Positions 37,544-47,843 of a DNA stretch of 64,000 nt are shown here, in pieces. How positions within the stretch are numbered: the first letter of the stretch is position 1; each line of letters starts with the position of its first letter. The position numbers were made by a program, and so were the translations under genes. Below the pieces are notes generated by a model that saw only the letters and a program-made list of their open reading frames with translations, was not told where the DNA came from and did no database searches. The stretch is from NCBI GenBank assembly GCA_038063415.1, contig JBBTVD010000006.1, forward strand, positions 9,948-73,947, in the 5' to 3' direction. The stretch comes from Patescibacteria group bacterium. GTDB taxonomy: Bacteria > Patescibacteriota > Microgenomatia > Levybacterales > UBA12049.

Positions 37544-40303
37544 ATGTCACTTGGTAATATCGTTCTTCTTGGTTTTGTCGTCCTCTTCTTCTTCACGTCC
37601 TTTTTTAATAATGGCATTATGCTCCTTACTGACTGGTGGTGGTTTCAAGAGGTTGGCTATACTGACGTCTTTACCAAACCGGTTATCACCCAATTTGCTC
37701 TCGGAATTGCCGTTGGATTATTCACTTTTCTTTTTCTGTCAGGTAACTTCTGGGTAGCAAGCAAAGCACGGATTCCTTGGATCGTCTTTTTGCCACAGCA
37801 ACTCCTTGGAAGATATATCACGCTCACTGGTGCTGCTGTGAAGAAGACAACCTATGTCATCAGCCTTCTCTTAGCATTTTTTATCGGGCTTATCTCCTCT
37901 GTTTTTTGGCAAGAAGTCCTTCTGTTTATGCACCAGACACCTTTCGGGCAGACAGATCCTATTTTTGCCCATGATATCTCCTTTTATCTTTTTACCCTCC
38001 CTATTTTAGGTATTGGACTGCAACTTGTGTGGTTTATTTTGCTCCTGACGATCCTTGGCTGTGGCATTATCTACGCCCTTCGAGGAAGTTTTGGCTGGCT
38101 CAATTTTCTAGCAAAGAAACAAGCAAAAGCTGAGGTAGCCGAAAAGAACACCCAACGCAATGCACGGATACATATGGCAGTACTTTTTGCGCTTTTCCTC
38201 GCAACGATTGCAGCACAAACCTATTTGGGGATGTATGATCTGCTGACTCGAGATAATGGCGCAGTATTTGGTGCGGCATTTACGGATGTAACACTGCTTA
38301 TTCCCTTCCACAAAATACTTGCCGCTCTTCTTGCTGTTTGTGCTCTTGCAACCCTCCTCTATGGAGCAATAAATAGCCGAAAACCCCTCTTTGTAACTGC
38401 TGGTCTGACAGCAATTATTGGAGTAGCTATGATTGTCATGCCACCGCTCTATCATCAATTTATCGTCGCTCCAAATGAACTGGTCAAAGAAACGCCATTT
38501 ATCAAACACAATATTACCGCGACCAGAGAAGCATTTGGACTACAAGAGATAGCTGCACGAGAGCTTTCTGGAGATAAGCCTTTGACGGCTGAAGATATCG
38601 CGGATAATGATCTGACGATCAAAAACGTCCGACTGTGGGATCGTGGACCGCTACTTTCTACCTTCTCGCAGATTCAGGAAATACGAACGTACTACGAATT
38701 TACTGCCGTTGATAACGATCGTTATGTAATCGACGGGCAACTCAGGCAAATTATGCTTTCACCTCGAGAGCTGTCTTCAGCCAATCTGCCAAATAAGAAC
38801 TGGATCAATGAACACCTTATCTTTACCCATGGCTATGGGACAGCTGCAGGGCCGGTTAATCAGGTAACCGAGGAGGGACTTCCAGTATTATTTGTGAAGA
38901 ACTTGCCCCCAGTCGCTGAGAAAAAAGAATTGGCAATTACCCGTCCTGAAATCTACTACGGAGAACTTGCCAACGATCATATTTTTGTCAAAACCAAAGC
39001 CAAAGAATTTGATTATCCTAAAGGTGATGAAAATGTCTCGACAGTTTATGCAGGAGAAGGTGGTGTTCCAATTGATTCATTCGTCAAAAAAAGTGCATTT
39101 GCTCTGCGGTTTAACTCACTCAAAATGCTCCTCTCTGAAGATATCACGGGCGAAAGTCGGGTTATGTATTACCGTACGATTAAAGAACGTATGGAGAAAT
39201 CAGCGCCCTTCCTGACCTTTGATAAAGATCCATACAGCGTGATTGTCGATGGCAAGATTTATTGGATTGCTGATGCCTATACGATAAGTAGGAACTATCC
39301 CTATGCAAAAGCAATGATGCTCAATGGACAGGACATTAACTACATCCGCAACTCCGTCAAAGTAGTGATTGATGCTTATAATGGAACAATAACCTATTAT
39401 CAGGTCGACCAGAATGATCCTATCATAAACGCTTATGCACAAGTTTTCCCTGGAATGTTTCGACCCATCAATGAGATGCCGACAGCACTCTTCGCACATA
39501 TCCGTTATCCTGAGGATATCTTTACCCTCCAAACGAACATTTATAGTACCTATCATATGGGCGATCCTGAAATCTTTTATAACAAAGAAGACCAATGGGA
39601 CATCCCGGCTATTGCCGTAGAAGGAGAAGCTACAACCACAGACATCCCACCGATGGCTCCACGTCATATGATTATGAAGCTTCCAGGACAGGAACGTGAA
39701 GAATATATCCTGATGCTTCCTTTTATCCCACGAGGCAAGGACAATATGGCTGCCTGGATGGTCGCTCGAAATGACCAAGAGAATTATGGTAAATTACAGA
39801 TTTATCAATTCCCCAAGCAAAAGCTGATCTACGGACCAAAACAAATTATGGCACGTATTAATCAAGATGCTGAGATTGCAAGGCAAATATCGCTTTGGGA
39901 TCAGCGTGGATCACAAGTAATCCAAGGGCCGCTCCTTGTCATCCCAATTGAGGAATCATTGCTGTACGTCAGACCGTTATATCTAAAGGCAGAATCCGGT
40001 AAAATTCCAGAACTGAAAAGAGTTATTGTGGCCTATGAAAATAAAATTGCTATGGAGCCAACGCTTGAAGCAGGACTTGGGAAGATCTTTGGCACAGATA
40101 CCACTCAAGAAGCAGAAACAACAATGCAACAAAAGCCTACGGATAAAGTTGCCGAGGCACAGGCACCAACTGCGGTGACACAAGATCAACAGATTATCCA
40201 GGCGAATCAAGCATATGATGCTGCTATGCAAGCCCTCCGAGATGGCAATTGGACACTGTTTGGCGAGGAGATCCAGAAGGTAGGAGAAATACTAAAGAAG
40301 TAA
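37544..40303 (+). CDS. UPF0182 family membrane protein
   Basis: DWWWFQEVGY; TDPIFAHDISFYLF; NVRLWD; NYIRNSVK; PELKRVIV. Confidence 0.93.
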   Translation: MSLGNIVLLGFVVLFFFTSFFNNGIMLLTDWWWFQEVGYTDVFTKPVITQFALGIAVGLFTFLFLSGNFWVASKARIPWIVFLPQQLLGRYITLTGAAVKKTTYVISLLLAFFIGLISSVFWQEVLLFMHQTPFGQTDPIFAHDISFYLFTLPILGIGLQLVWFILLLTILGCGIIYALRGSFGWLNFLAKKQAKAEVAEKNTQRNARIHMAVLFALFLATIAAQTYLGMYDLLTRDNGAVFGAAFTDVTLLIPFHKILAALLAVCALATLLYGAINSRKPLFVTAGLTAIIGVAMIVMPPLYHQFIVAPNELVKETPFIKHNITATREAFGLQEIAARELSGDKPLTAEDIADNDLTIKNVRLWDRGPLLSTFSQIQEIRTYYEFTAVDNDRYVIDGQLRQIMLSPRELSSANLPNKNWINEHLIFTHGYGTAAGPVNQVTEEGLPVLFVKNLPPVAEKKELAITRPEIYYGELANDHIFVKTKAKEFDYPKGDENVSTVYAGEGGVPIDSFVKKSAFALRFNSLKMLLSEDITGESRVMYYRTIKERMEKSAPFLTFDKDPYSVIVDGKIYWIADAYTISRNYPYAKAMMLNGQDINYIRNSVKVVIDAYNGTITYYQVDQNDPIINAYAQVFPGMFRPINEMPTALFAHIRYPEDIFTLQTNIYSTYHMGDPEIFYNKEDQWDIPAIAVEGEATTTDIPPMAPRHMIMKLPGQEREEYILMLPFIPRGKDNMAAWMVARNDQENYGKLQIYQFPKQKLIYGPKQIMARINQDAEIARQISLWDQRGSQVIQGPLLVIPIEESLLYVRPLYLKAESGKIPELKRVIVAYENKIAMEPTLEAGLGKIFGTDTTQEAETTMQQKPTDKVAEAQAPTAVTQDQQIIQANQAYDAAMQALRDGNWTLFGEEIQKVGEILKK

Positions 40304-40309
40304 TAATCC

Positions 40310-40564
40310 TTATACTCGGACAAAAGATTTTCTACGAGGCTGAGGCTGTGCAGGAACCTGAAGTGAATCCCGTCGACCCCTCCTTTGTCTCATTGCATCA
40401 AAGATGAGGTGTTGTGCAGCGCGAGCATTTCGTCTTTCAGAGCCATTGGTATTGCGATCAGAGGTACGTACCGCTAATGCTGCCAAGATGATCCCTTGAT
40501 CAGCATCAGGCAATTCCAATAATCTTTCTACTCCTTGGCTCATCTGCCCGGAATTGATAGTCAC
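40310..40564 (-). CDS. Small hypothetical protein
   Basis: 84-aa ORF with GTG start in an otherwise intergenic gap; no motif recognised. Confidence 0.4.
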   Translation of the reverse strand: MTINSGQMSQGVERLLELPDADQGIILAALAVRTSDRNTNGSERRNARAAQHLIFDAMRQRRGRRDSLQVPAQPQPRRKSFVRV

Positions 40565-40571
40565 AGACCTA

Positions 40572-40727
40572 TCATTTCCATCTAATTTTTACTGATCTCA
40601 CATCCTCGACAATAACACCCGGTTTAGCTAGCTCACCGAGACGATGCTGTAAGGAATTAAGTTCGTCCAATACAGGTGGTGGTGTAGATGTCTTAAATTC
40701 TACTGGTTCAACTTCTCCTCCAAGCAT
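40572..40727 (-). CDS. Small hypothetical protein (51 aa)
   Basis: MLGGEVEPVEFKTSTPPPVLDELNSLQHRLGELAKPG...; TAAGAT 8 nt before ATG; in tandem with the previous ORF. Confidence 0.35.
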   Translation of the reverse strand: MLGGEVEPVEFKTSTPPPVLDELNSLQHRLGELAKPGVIVEDVRSVKIRWK

Positions 40728-40817
40728 AGGATGTTATCTTATACCCAAAATAACTGGGCTTCATTGACTTTGCTGTCAAATTTTATGGTTGAATTAATAA
40801 TCGAAGATCTGAAGTAA

Positions 40818-41765
40818 TTATTTCTTTTTGGGTGCTGGCTGAAGAGCTGCTTCAACATCTTTCATTTCAATCTTTGACTTATAGAAGAAGTATCCCACCG
40901 TCCCAAAGGTAATTACTGGAGAGAGCCAATGTGGGATATGGAAACCAAAACTATCAAGAATCATAATTGCTCCAAGGAAAAGAATTGAGTACATTGCACC
41001 GTTCTTAAGGAATCTGTATTGCTTGATCCGTTCAATATTGCTGACTGTCAGATGTCGAAGCACCAACGCACCAATACCATTTCCGATAAGAATAAGAGGT
41101 ACAAAGAAAGTGAAAGCAAAAGCACCAATGACTCCGTCAATCGAGAAGGTTGAATCAAGTACTTCAAGATAGGCAATTTTACTGATATCTGACATCCCTC
41201 CACTCAGAAGCTTTTTCTCCTGTGCTTCAGCAAACTGACGAAAGCCGTGAATGATAAAGAATGCTGTTGAACCAATGACTGCCGCAAAACCTAACATTGG
41301 GTCAATTTGCATGCCGTTCCACACAATTACTGTCAAAAGTATCGAAACGATAGCAAAGAACCATGCTCCTTGTGTCTGGAAAAATCGCTCACCTTTAAGG
41401 CCAAAATTCTTGGGTTCAAGAAATAGCCAATGGAAGAAAAGAAAAATGAGAAAAACTCCTCCGCCAAGAAGTAAATAGGGTGACGTCTTTTCAATTGCTT
41501 CAACGACTTGTGGGTCGTTCGTAAATGCCGCCGTAAGCACTCCCATAGCACCAATACCGGGATTGGCAATAAAGACAATAAGAAAAGGAAGCAGTCCACG
41601 GACAACAAAAACAGCAAAGAGAAACCCCCAAAGAAGGAACCATCGTTGGGCTTTTTTGCTCATACCGGAAAGTACTTCAGCGTTAATAATCGCGTTATCA
41701 ATACTGGTAATAATTTCAAAGAGTGCTAGTCCAAAAACAGTAAGAATAAGAAAAATAATTTCCAT
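40818..41765 (-). CDS. DUF475 / TerC-like membrane protein
   Basis: EIITSIDNAIINA; YLEVLDSTFSIDGVIGAFA. Confidence 0.9.
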   Translation of the reverse strand: MEIIFLILTVFGLALFEIITSIDNAIINAEVLSGMSKKAQRWFLLWGFLFAVFVVRGLLPFLIVFIANPGIGAMGVLTAAFTNDPQVVEAIEKTSPYLLLGGGVFLIFLFFHWLFLEPKNFGLKGERFFQTQGAWFFAIVSILLTVIVWNGMQIDPMLGFAAVIGSTAFFIIHGFRQFAEAQEKKLLSGGMSDISKIAYLEVLDSTFSIDGVIGAFAFTFFVPLILIGNGIGALVLRHLTVSNIERIKQYRFLKNGAMYSILFLGAIMILDSFGFHIPHWLSPVITFGTVGYFFYKSKIEMKDVEAALQPAPKKK

Positions 41766-41832
41766 AATAGCTTTATTTTAGCAGAATTTTAGCTGAGAAG
41801 GAAGCTGGTTATTTGTCATCCTGAGTGTTTTT

Positions 41833-42210
41833 TTAAATATTCCAATGGAAATAACGAAGGAGATAGGGCGTAAAGACCAAAATTCCGATAATAATAGAAC
41901 CAATGGCTGTCACAAGTACCATACCAGAGGAAACATCTTTGGCAATTTTTGCTTCCATTCGATGCTCTTTGGTAATCAGATCGACCATTTTTTCAATGGC
42001 AGAATTAATCATCTCAGCTGCGATAACAAGCAAAATAGTAAGACCCAAAATACCCATCTCAAACGGAGAAATATCAAAAATAATACTCGCAATAACCACA
42101 CAGAGAGCAGCAATAAAATGCACAACCAAGTTTTGGTCATTATTGAGCGCGTAATTAATACCTTCAAGCGCAAATTTAAATGATTTGACAAAACGTTTGA
42201 TATCAATCAT
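41833..42210 (-). CDS. dgkA: Prokaryotic diacylglycerol/undecaprenol kinase
   Basis: SFKFALEGI...EMINSAIEKMVD...AKIAKDVSSG; start at 42210. Confidence 0.9.
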   Translation of the reverse strand: MIDIKRFVKSFKFALEGINYALNNDQNLVVHFIAALCVVIASIIFDISPFEMGILGLTILLVIAAEMINSAIEKMVDLITKEHRMEAKIAKDVSSGMVLVTAIGSIIIGILVFTPYLLRYFHWNI

Positions 42211-42790
42211 AGATATGTTGCGAAAAAATATAGAGTAGTAATGATAACAGACTTCCAAAAATTCCGCCAACAATAAGTTCTGGCACTGTATGACGCTTAA
42301 TGCGTACTCTCGCCCATCCAACAACAGGGATAAGGCCAAGTAAGACAACAGATATTCTCCGTTGGGAAAGGATAATTGGCGTGATGAGCCCAACAAGCGT
42401 TGCCATATGCATACTGGCCTTAATACGAGTATTGATTAGTCCAACAACAACAAGCCCCCCGAGCATGCCTATACTGACAATGACTAAAATTGTGGGACCA
42501 TGGAAGAAAAAAATACCTCCTACATAGAGAACGAGTAAAAGCATGCTAATCGTAAAGAGCAATGGACGCTGCTTGCGATTGGAGACATCAAAATTGTTAA
42601 ATTTTTTCTTCTTCACTCCATAGTAGAGAATGGCAAGCATAACAAGAAGAAAAAGCGATGAGTATCCTGTCCAGAAAAGTGCTATCGAAAGATCTGAGGG
42701 TACACGATAAATAAGAAAAAAAGGCATGAGGACGAGCAAAATAAGTGGATTAAAAATAAATGAAATGATACGAGCAAGTTTGTCCGTCAC
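42203..42790 (-). CDS. PAP2-like membrane phosphatase
   Basis: KASMH...WARVRIKRHTVPELIVG. Confidence 0.7.
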   Translation of the reverse strand: MTDKLARIISFIFNPLILLVLMPFFLIYRVPSDLSIALFWTGYSSLFLLVMLAILYYGVKKKKFNNFDVSNRKQRPLLFTISMLLLVLYVGGIFFFHGPTILVIVSIGMLGGLVVVGLINTRIKASMHMATLVGLITPIILSQRRISVVLLGLIPVVGWARVRIKRHTVPELIVGGIFGSLLSLLLYIFSQHIYD

Positions 42791-44178
42791 AGTGTAATAA
42801 GTTGCTGCAACCGTGCAAGTGTCTTCTCTTTCCCCAGAAGGGTTATTGTCTCTGGCAAGGGCAACCCTTTTGGCTTACCAGTCAAAAGAACATACAGCAC
42901 GGGCATGCGTACTTTATATTGTAGCAAAATTTCCTTCATTACTGTAAAGAGGGTAGTTGCTTCCCAAGCATCTAATTTCTCAAAAGCTTTTTGTAAATCC
43001 TGTGCTATTTGCTTTTCTTGTTCTGTTACTGATTCTGGAATAGAGGGGGCAACAAATACTTCAGTGAGCGTATCAAAATCTTTGAGCGTCTCCATGCGAG
43101 TCTTTAGCAGAGGGAGTAATCCTGCAAATAGCGTATCAGAAAATTCCTGGGCTCGCTTGGAAAAAGCTACTATGCGAGTCTTTAACTCCTCTTCACTCAG
43201 GTTTTGAATATACTGCTGATTCATCCACGTAAGCTTTACCAGGTCAAAAATGGGTCCAACGGGTTTGATATCTTTCAAATCAAACAAACGCACAAATTCC
43301 TCAAGTGAAAAAATTTCTTTTTCTTCTGGATGACTCCAGCCAAGAAGTGCCAGATAATTAAGCATAGCTTCTGGAAGAAATCCTTGCTCTAGATACCATG
43401 ATGCCCATACAGGGTTTTTACGCTTTGAAAGCTTTGATTTGTCAGGATTACGGAGAATTGGCATATGAGCAAAAATAGGCTGCTCCCAACCAAAAGCTTC
43501 GTAGAGAATAATATGTTTAGGCGTTGAGGATATCCATTCTTCAGCACGGATAATATGCGTTATTTCCATGAGATGATCATCAACCACCACGCCCAGATGA
43601 TAGGTTGGATAGCCATCTGATTTAAGCAGCACCTGATCATCAACTTCATTTGAATTTACGATAATCTGTCCACGAATGAGATCTTTAAACCAAAGTTTTT
43701 TATCGGGGAGAACGTTTAAACGAACCACATAAGACTCCCCCTTTTCAATACGCTCTTTGGCATTTGTTCCATGTGTTAGACAATATTTATCATAACGGGG
43801 TGTCTTTTTTTCTTTCTGCTGCTGTGCACGTACTTCATCAAGGCGTTCTTTTGTACAAAAACAATAATAAGCAGCACCTTTTTCGATAAGTTCCTCTGCA
43901 TATTTTTTGTAGAGAGGTAATCTTTCTGACTGTCGATAAGGAGCAAAAGGTCCACCAATGTCTGGTCCTTCATCATAATCTAAACCAAAAGCCTTTATCG
44001 AAGAAAGAATTTTTTCTTCAGCACCTTCCTGAAAACGAGTTCTATCAGTATCTTCAATACGAATAATAAATTTCCCATTGTTTTTTCTCGCCTGAGCCCA
44101 GTTCATAAGAGCCGTATAAAGATTGCCGACATGTATATCTTGCCCTGTTGGACTTGGGGGAATACGTGTTCTAACCAT
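42787..44178 (-). CDS. gltX: Glutamate-tRNA ligase
   Basis: PPSPTG..HVGN; RIEDTD; KLSKR. Confidence 0.97.
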   Translation of the reverse strand: MVRTRIPPSPTGQDIHVGNLYTALMNWAQARKNNGKFIIRIEDTDRTRFQEGAEEKILSSIKAFGLDYDEGPDIGGPFAPYRQSERLPLYKKYAEELIEKGAAYYCFCTKERLDEVRAQQQKEKKTPRYDKYCLTHGTNAKERIEKGESYVVRLNVLPDKKLWFKDLIRGQIIVNSNEVDDQVLLKSDGYPTYHLGVVVDDHLMEITHIIRAEEWISSTPKHIILYEAFGWEQPIFAHMPILRNPDKSKLSKRKNPVWASWYLEQGFLPEAMLNYLALLGWSHPEEKEIFSLEEFVRLFDLKDIKPVGPIFDLVKLTWMNQQYIQNLSEEELKTRIVAFSKRAQEFSDTLFAGLLPLLKTRMETLKDFDTLTEVFVAPSIPESVTEQEKQIAQDLQKAFEKLDAWEATTLFTVMKEILLQYKVRMPVLYVLLTGKPKGLPLPETITLLGKEKTLARLQQLITL

Positions 44179-44238
44179 ACCTGCATTGTACCATATCTTG
44201 CATTGTGCTTGGTCTTTTGCGTATACTCAAAGGAGCCT

Positions 44239-45396
44239 ATGACGCTCCACGAAACAGTTGAAATATCCAAAAAAGTAAGTATTGGTGCAGGTTTTGCCAT
44301 TGTTGTCATCGGTGTGCTTGTTCTGTTATTTCGAGGTGGCGTAGCAATCAAAGAGATTCTTTTTCCCCGCAAGATTCAACCTCCGACTTTTGCGTATGAT
44401 GTGCTTCCTCCTCTTGCCTTCCCACCAAACGTAAAAGAAGGAAATTTCACCTATACCCTCAACACGATTGATGGAGAGTTTCCTGTCTTCCCTGATAGAC
44501 TCAATGTCTTTCCTATCGTGCAGAACGAACCAAACTTTCTGAACCTCGACAAAGCAAAGCAGAAAGCTGCTGCTCTTGGATTTGTGAATAGATTGGGAAC
44601 GGTACTCCCGGAAACCCCACTTGGAGGTGTTGATTATCAATGGGCAGAACAAGGCGGTCTCAGTAGAGTATTTACCATAGATATTGTTAATTTTGACTTT
44701 GATCTTACATCAAGATTTCTCTCTTCACTCACGGTGCTAGCGGCACAAGATATTTCAAATCAGCAAAGCGCCATTACGAGTACCACAGAATTTCTTGGAC
44801 TTATTACACTCTTTCCTGACGATATTGATCTAACAAAGACATCGACACCTGACCCTATTGAAAATTATGTCACCTATCCAGAACTGTTTGATATTCAAAA
44901 CGGACAACTTGTCCCGGCAACAAGTCTCTCACGTACCAAAGTTATCCGGGTAAATTTATATCAGAAAAATATAGAGTATGAGCTTATCACAGGTAAAAGT
45001 GATAATGCTAATGTTATGGAAAAAGTTGAACAAAAACTTCCGATACTCTATCCAAATCCTCCTTATTCAACGATGAGTTTCTGGGTTGCTTCTGGAGATA
45101 GTAATCCTCAAGTAATGGAGTCACAATTTGTTTACCAGGAAGTTACTCGTGAACCAGAGGTAGAAGCATCGTATGCTATTAAAACACCTCAGGAAGCATT
45201 TGAAGAACTCAAACAAGGAAAAGGCTATATTGCTTCTTACAAAGGTGATGATGGTGAAATACTTATCAACAATATTTTCCTTGCATATTATATGGGAGAA
45301 GATAGACAGCAATATCTTATGCCGATTATTGTTTTTGAAGGAGATAATGGCTTTTTTGCCTACATCTCAGCCGTCAGAAATGACTGGATCCAATAG
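44239..45396 (+). CDS. Membrane-anchored hypothetical protein
   Basis: AAGGAG before ATG 44239; single TM helix; C-terminal YLMPIIVFEG. Confidence 0.75.
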   Translation: MTLHETVEISKKVSIGAGFAIVVIGVLVLLFRGGVAIKEILFPRKIQPPTFAYDVLPPLAFPPNVKEGNFTYTLNTIDGEFPVFPDRLNVFPIVQNEPNFLNLDKAKQKAAALGFVNRLGTVLPETPLGGVDYQWAEQGGLSRVFTIDIVNFDFDLTSRFLSSLTVLAAQDISNQQSAITSTTEFLGLITLFPDDIDLTKTSTPDPIENYVTYPELFDIQNGQLVPATSLSRTKVIRVNLYQKNIEYELITGKSDNANVMEKVEQKLPILYPNPPYSTMSFWVASGDSNPQVMESQFVYQEVTREPEVEASYAIKTPQEAFEELKQGKGYIASYKGDDGEILINNIFLAYYMGEDRQQYLMPIIVFEGDNGFFAYISAVRNDWIQ

Positions 45397-46494
45397 CTAC
45401 TGAACCACTTGAGGTGGTGAAGAGACCACGTCTACATATTGCACTTGCTTCTCAATAAACGTTAACAGTGCCTGGGTATCAACAAATCGCTGTTCGCTAT
45501 GCATCACAACGACGATATATCGATGGCCTTTGATGGTCGCTGCGGTAAGGAGTACTTCTCCTGCACCCTCGGTCGTGCCTGTTTTAATCCCAGTCACCCC
45601 ATTAATCCCCAGCAATTGATTAAGATTATTTAAAGGATATGCTTGAGTTTCGGAAATGTTTGTAATCGTCTTTGCCTTGCTTGACGTTACCTGGACAAAT
45701 GTTTTGTTTCCAATTGCATAAGCTCCCAGTCGAGCAAGATCAACTACGGTTGTATAATCCCCATCATCCTCAAGGCCTGCCGGATCAGCAAAATGTGTGT
45801 CGGAGAGATGCAAACTAATGGCTTTTTCATTCATCTTTGCAACAAAGGCTGTGACTCCACCTGGATAATTATCAGCAATTGCAACGGCTGCATCATTGGC
45901 AGAAGGAAGCATCATTGCGTAGAGGAGATCAAGAAAAGTAAACTGTTCTCCGAACGTAAGACCTAATCCACTTCCCTCGACGGTGGGCGTCTTAATCGTG
46001 AGTACCGCATCAAGTGGATAATAATCAAGCGCTGTCAGTGCTGTCATGACTTTGGTCGTTGAAGCCATAGAAAACCGTACGTTGGGATTTTTGGAAAAGA
46101 GAATAACCTGTGAATCTGCATCAGTAATAATTGCTGCTTTGGCTGAAAGCTCAGGAGTAAAAATCGCGTTAACTAAAGGATACGGATACATTTTGACAAG
46201 TGATTCTTCAGATCGGATTTTTTGCTCTTGTAACTGCTGGTGTGTCTGACGATTTACTCCCAAAAGAATGACCAATACGACAAAGAGGACTAAAGGGATC
46301 AAAGCCAAAAAGAAATCTCCACTGGATCTACTTGCACGCTTAGCAAAAGAGAACGGAGGAGTTTCAGGTTGTTTTTTTATGATGGAACGAGTTGGCGCTT
46401 CTTGAGGACGAGCGAGTTGTTTAGCTTTTCTAAACTTTCTTATTTTCTTCTTTGGTTGTTTTGCTTTTTGCTGCAATGACTGAGAATCGTTCAT
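45397..46494 (-). CDS. D-alanyl-D-alanine carboxypeptidase (peptidase S11)
   Basis: ASTTK (SxxK), SAN (SxN), KTG; start uncertain, ATG 46494 overlaps the aspS end. Confidence 0.9.
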   Translation of the reverse strand: MNDSQSLQQKAKQPKKKIRKFRKAKQLARPQEAPTRSIIKKQPETPPFSFAKRASRSSGDFFLALIPLVLFVVLVILLGVNRQTHQQLQEQKIRSEESLVKMYPYPLVNAIFTPELSAKAAIITDADSQVILFSKNPNVRFSMASTTKVMTALTALDYYPLDAVLTIKTPTVEGSGLGLTFGEQFTFLDLLYAMMLPSANDAAVAIADNYPGGVTAFVAKMNEKAISLHLSDTHFADPAGLEDDGDYTTVVDLARLGAYAIGNKTFVQVTSSKAKTITNISETQAYPLNNLNQLLGINGVTGIKTGTTEGAGEVLLTAATIKGHRYIVVVMHSEQRFVDTQALLTFIEKQVQYVDVVSSPPQVVQ

Positions 46495-47818
46495 CAACAC
46501 GCTCCATATCTCTTGGGAAGAGTGACGCTTCCCGCACATTGGATAACTCCAATAATTTCATTGTAATTCTTTCGAGACCAAATGAAAAGCCTCCCTCTGG
46601 TGGCATACCGTATTTAAAGGCCTGAAGATACATGCCAAAGTTATCAGGATCAATACCTCTTTCATCCATTGCCGTCAGCAATTGCTGATAGTCATTAATA
46701 CGTCGACTCCCACTGAGGATTTCTGTTCCTTTAAAAAGCAAATCATAACTCAGACTATACTCTGGATCTTTTGGATCAGGATAGGTATAAAAAGCGCGCT
46801 TTTTGGTCGGATAGTGTGTAATAGTTACAAAATCTGATTTGTGTTCTTCTTTAGCCCAGAGACAAATTTCTTTTTCATCTTCAGGATTGAGATCCTGCTC
46901 TTTTGATAAATCTCGACCAGTTCTCTTGGTAATAATTGCTTGAGCTTCTCGAAGCGTTAATCGTGGAACCTGTGTTGGAATAAGTGGCTTTTGAATACCA
47001 AAGTCTGCAAGGATGTCTGCATGCTTTTCTGAGACATGTTTCATAATACTCGTCCCAACGAGTTCTACTGCATCAAGAAGTTCTTCAAAAGAATTAATAA
47101 ATGCCATTTCAATATCAATCATCGTTACCTCAGCAAGATGTCGAGACGTTACCGAAGGTTCAGCCCGATATGCTTTGGTAATAACAGAAACACGCTCAAA
47201 AACTCCAACCATCATCTGTTTGTATAGTTGTGGACTCTGAATCATAAACGCCGGATGCCCATAATAATCAACTTTGAAGACATCAGCTCCACCTTCTGTT
47301 GCTCCAGCCGCAATTGTTGGGACAAAGATTTCAGTACAATCAAGCTCTTTTGCTGCATTACGAAAACCTTCAGCAACTGCTGCTTGTACCAAAAATATCT
47401 TACGGACTTTATCATGTCGAAGAGTCAAGGATCGGTAATCAAGGAGTGTCGGAAGTTCAAGATGTAGTTCTTCTCCCCCCATATCAAAAGGCAAGGTTTC
47501 GGCTTCAGCAAGGATTTCAAGTTGTGTTGCTTCAAGCTCGACCGTCCCACTGGCAATTTTTGCATTAACAAGTCTCTCGGGACGAGCATTGATTTTACCT
47601 TTGATCGAGACGACAAATTCAGGACGAAGCGTCTGGGCAATCTTATGTGCCTCTTCTGAAACTCGTGGATTAAAAACGATTTGGAGAAGTCCTGACCGAT
47701 CACGAAGGTCGATAAAAAGGAGTTTCCCATGATCACGTCTGGCATGCACCCACCCCTGAACGAGCACTTCCTGGTCAATATGCTGAGGTGTTTCGGCTGT
47801 CAGTATTCTTTGCTTCAT
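46430..47818 (-). CDS. aspS: Aspartate-tRNA ligase, short (archaeal-like, probably non-discriminating) type
   Basis: OB fold GWVHARRDHGKL; QSPQLYKQ; YRAE; GMPPEGGFSFGLER; no GAD insertion domain. Confidence 0.92.
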   Translation of the reverse strand: MKQRILTAETPQHIDQEVLVQGWVHARRDHGKLLFIDLRDRSGLLQIVFNPRVSEEAHKIAQTLRPEFVVSIKGKINARPERLVNAKIASGTVELEATQLEILAEAETLPFDMGGEELHLELPTLLDYRSLTLRHDKVRKIFLVQAAVAEGFRNAAKELDCTEIFVPTIAAGATEGGADVFKVDYYGHPAFMIQSPQLYKQMMVGVFERVSVITKAYRAEPSVTSRHLAEVTMIDIEMAFINSFEELLDAVELVGTSIMKHVSEKHADILADFGIQKPLIPTQVPRLTLREAQAIITKRTGRDLSKEQDLNPEDEKEICLWAKEEHKSDFVTITHYPTKKRAFYTYPDPKDPEYSLSYDLLFKGTEILSGSRRINDYQQLLTAMDERGIDPDNFGMYLQAFKYGMPPEGGFSFGLERITMKLLELSNVREASLFPRDMERVDERFSVIAAKSKTTKEENKKV

Positions 47819-47843
47819 ACGTTGTATCATACCCCACTTAGCC

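Noticed and set aside
41815-41825. GTCATCCTGAG, a possible half of the palindromic element
   Set aside because: No matching second arm nearby; too short to call
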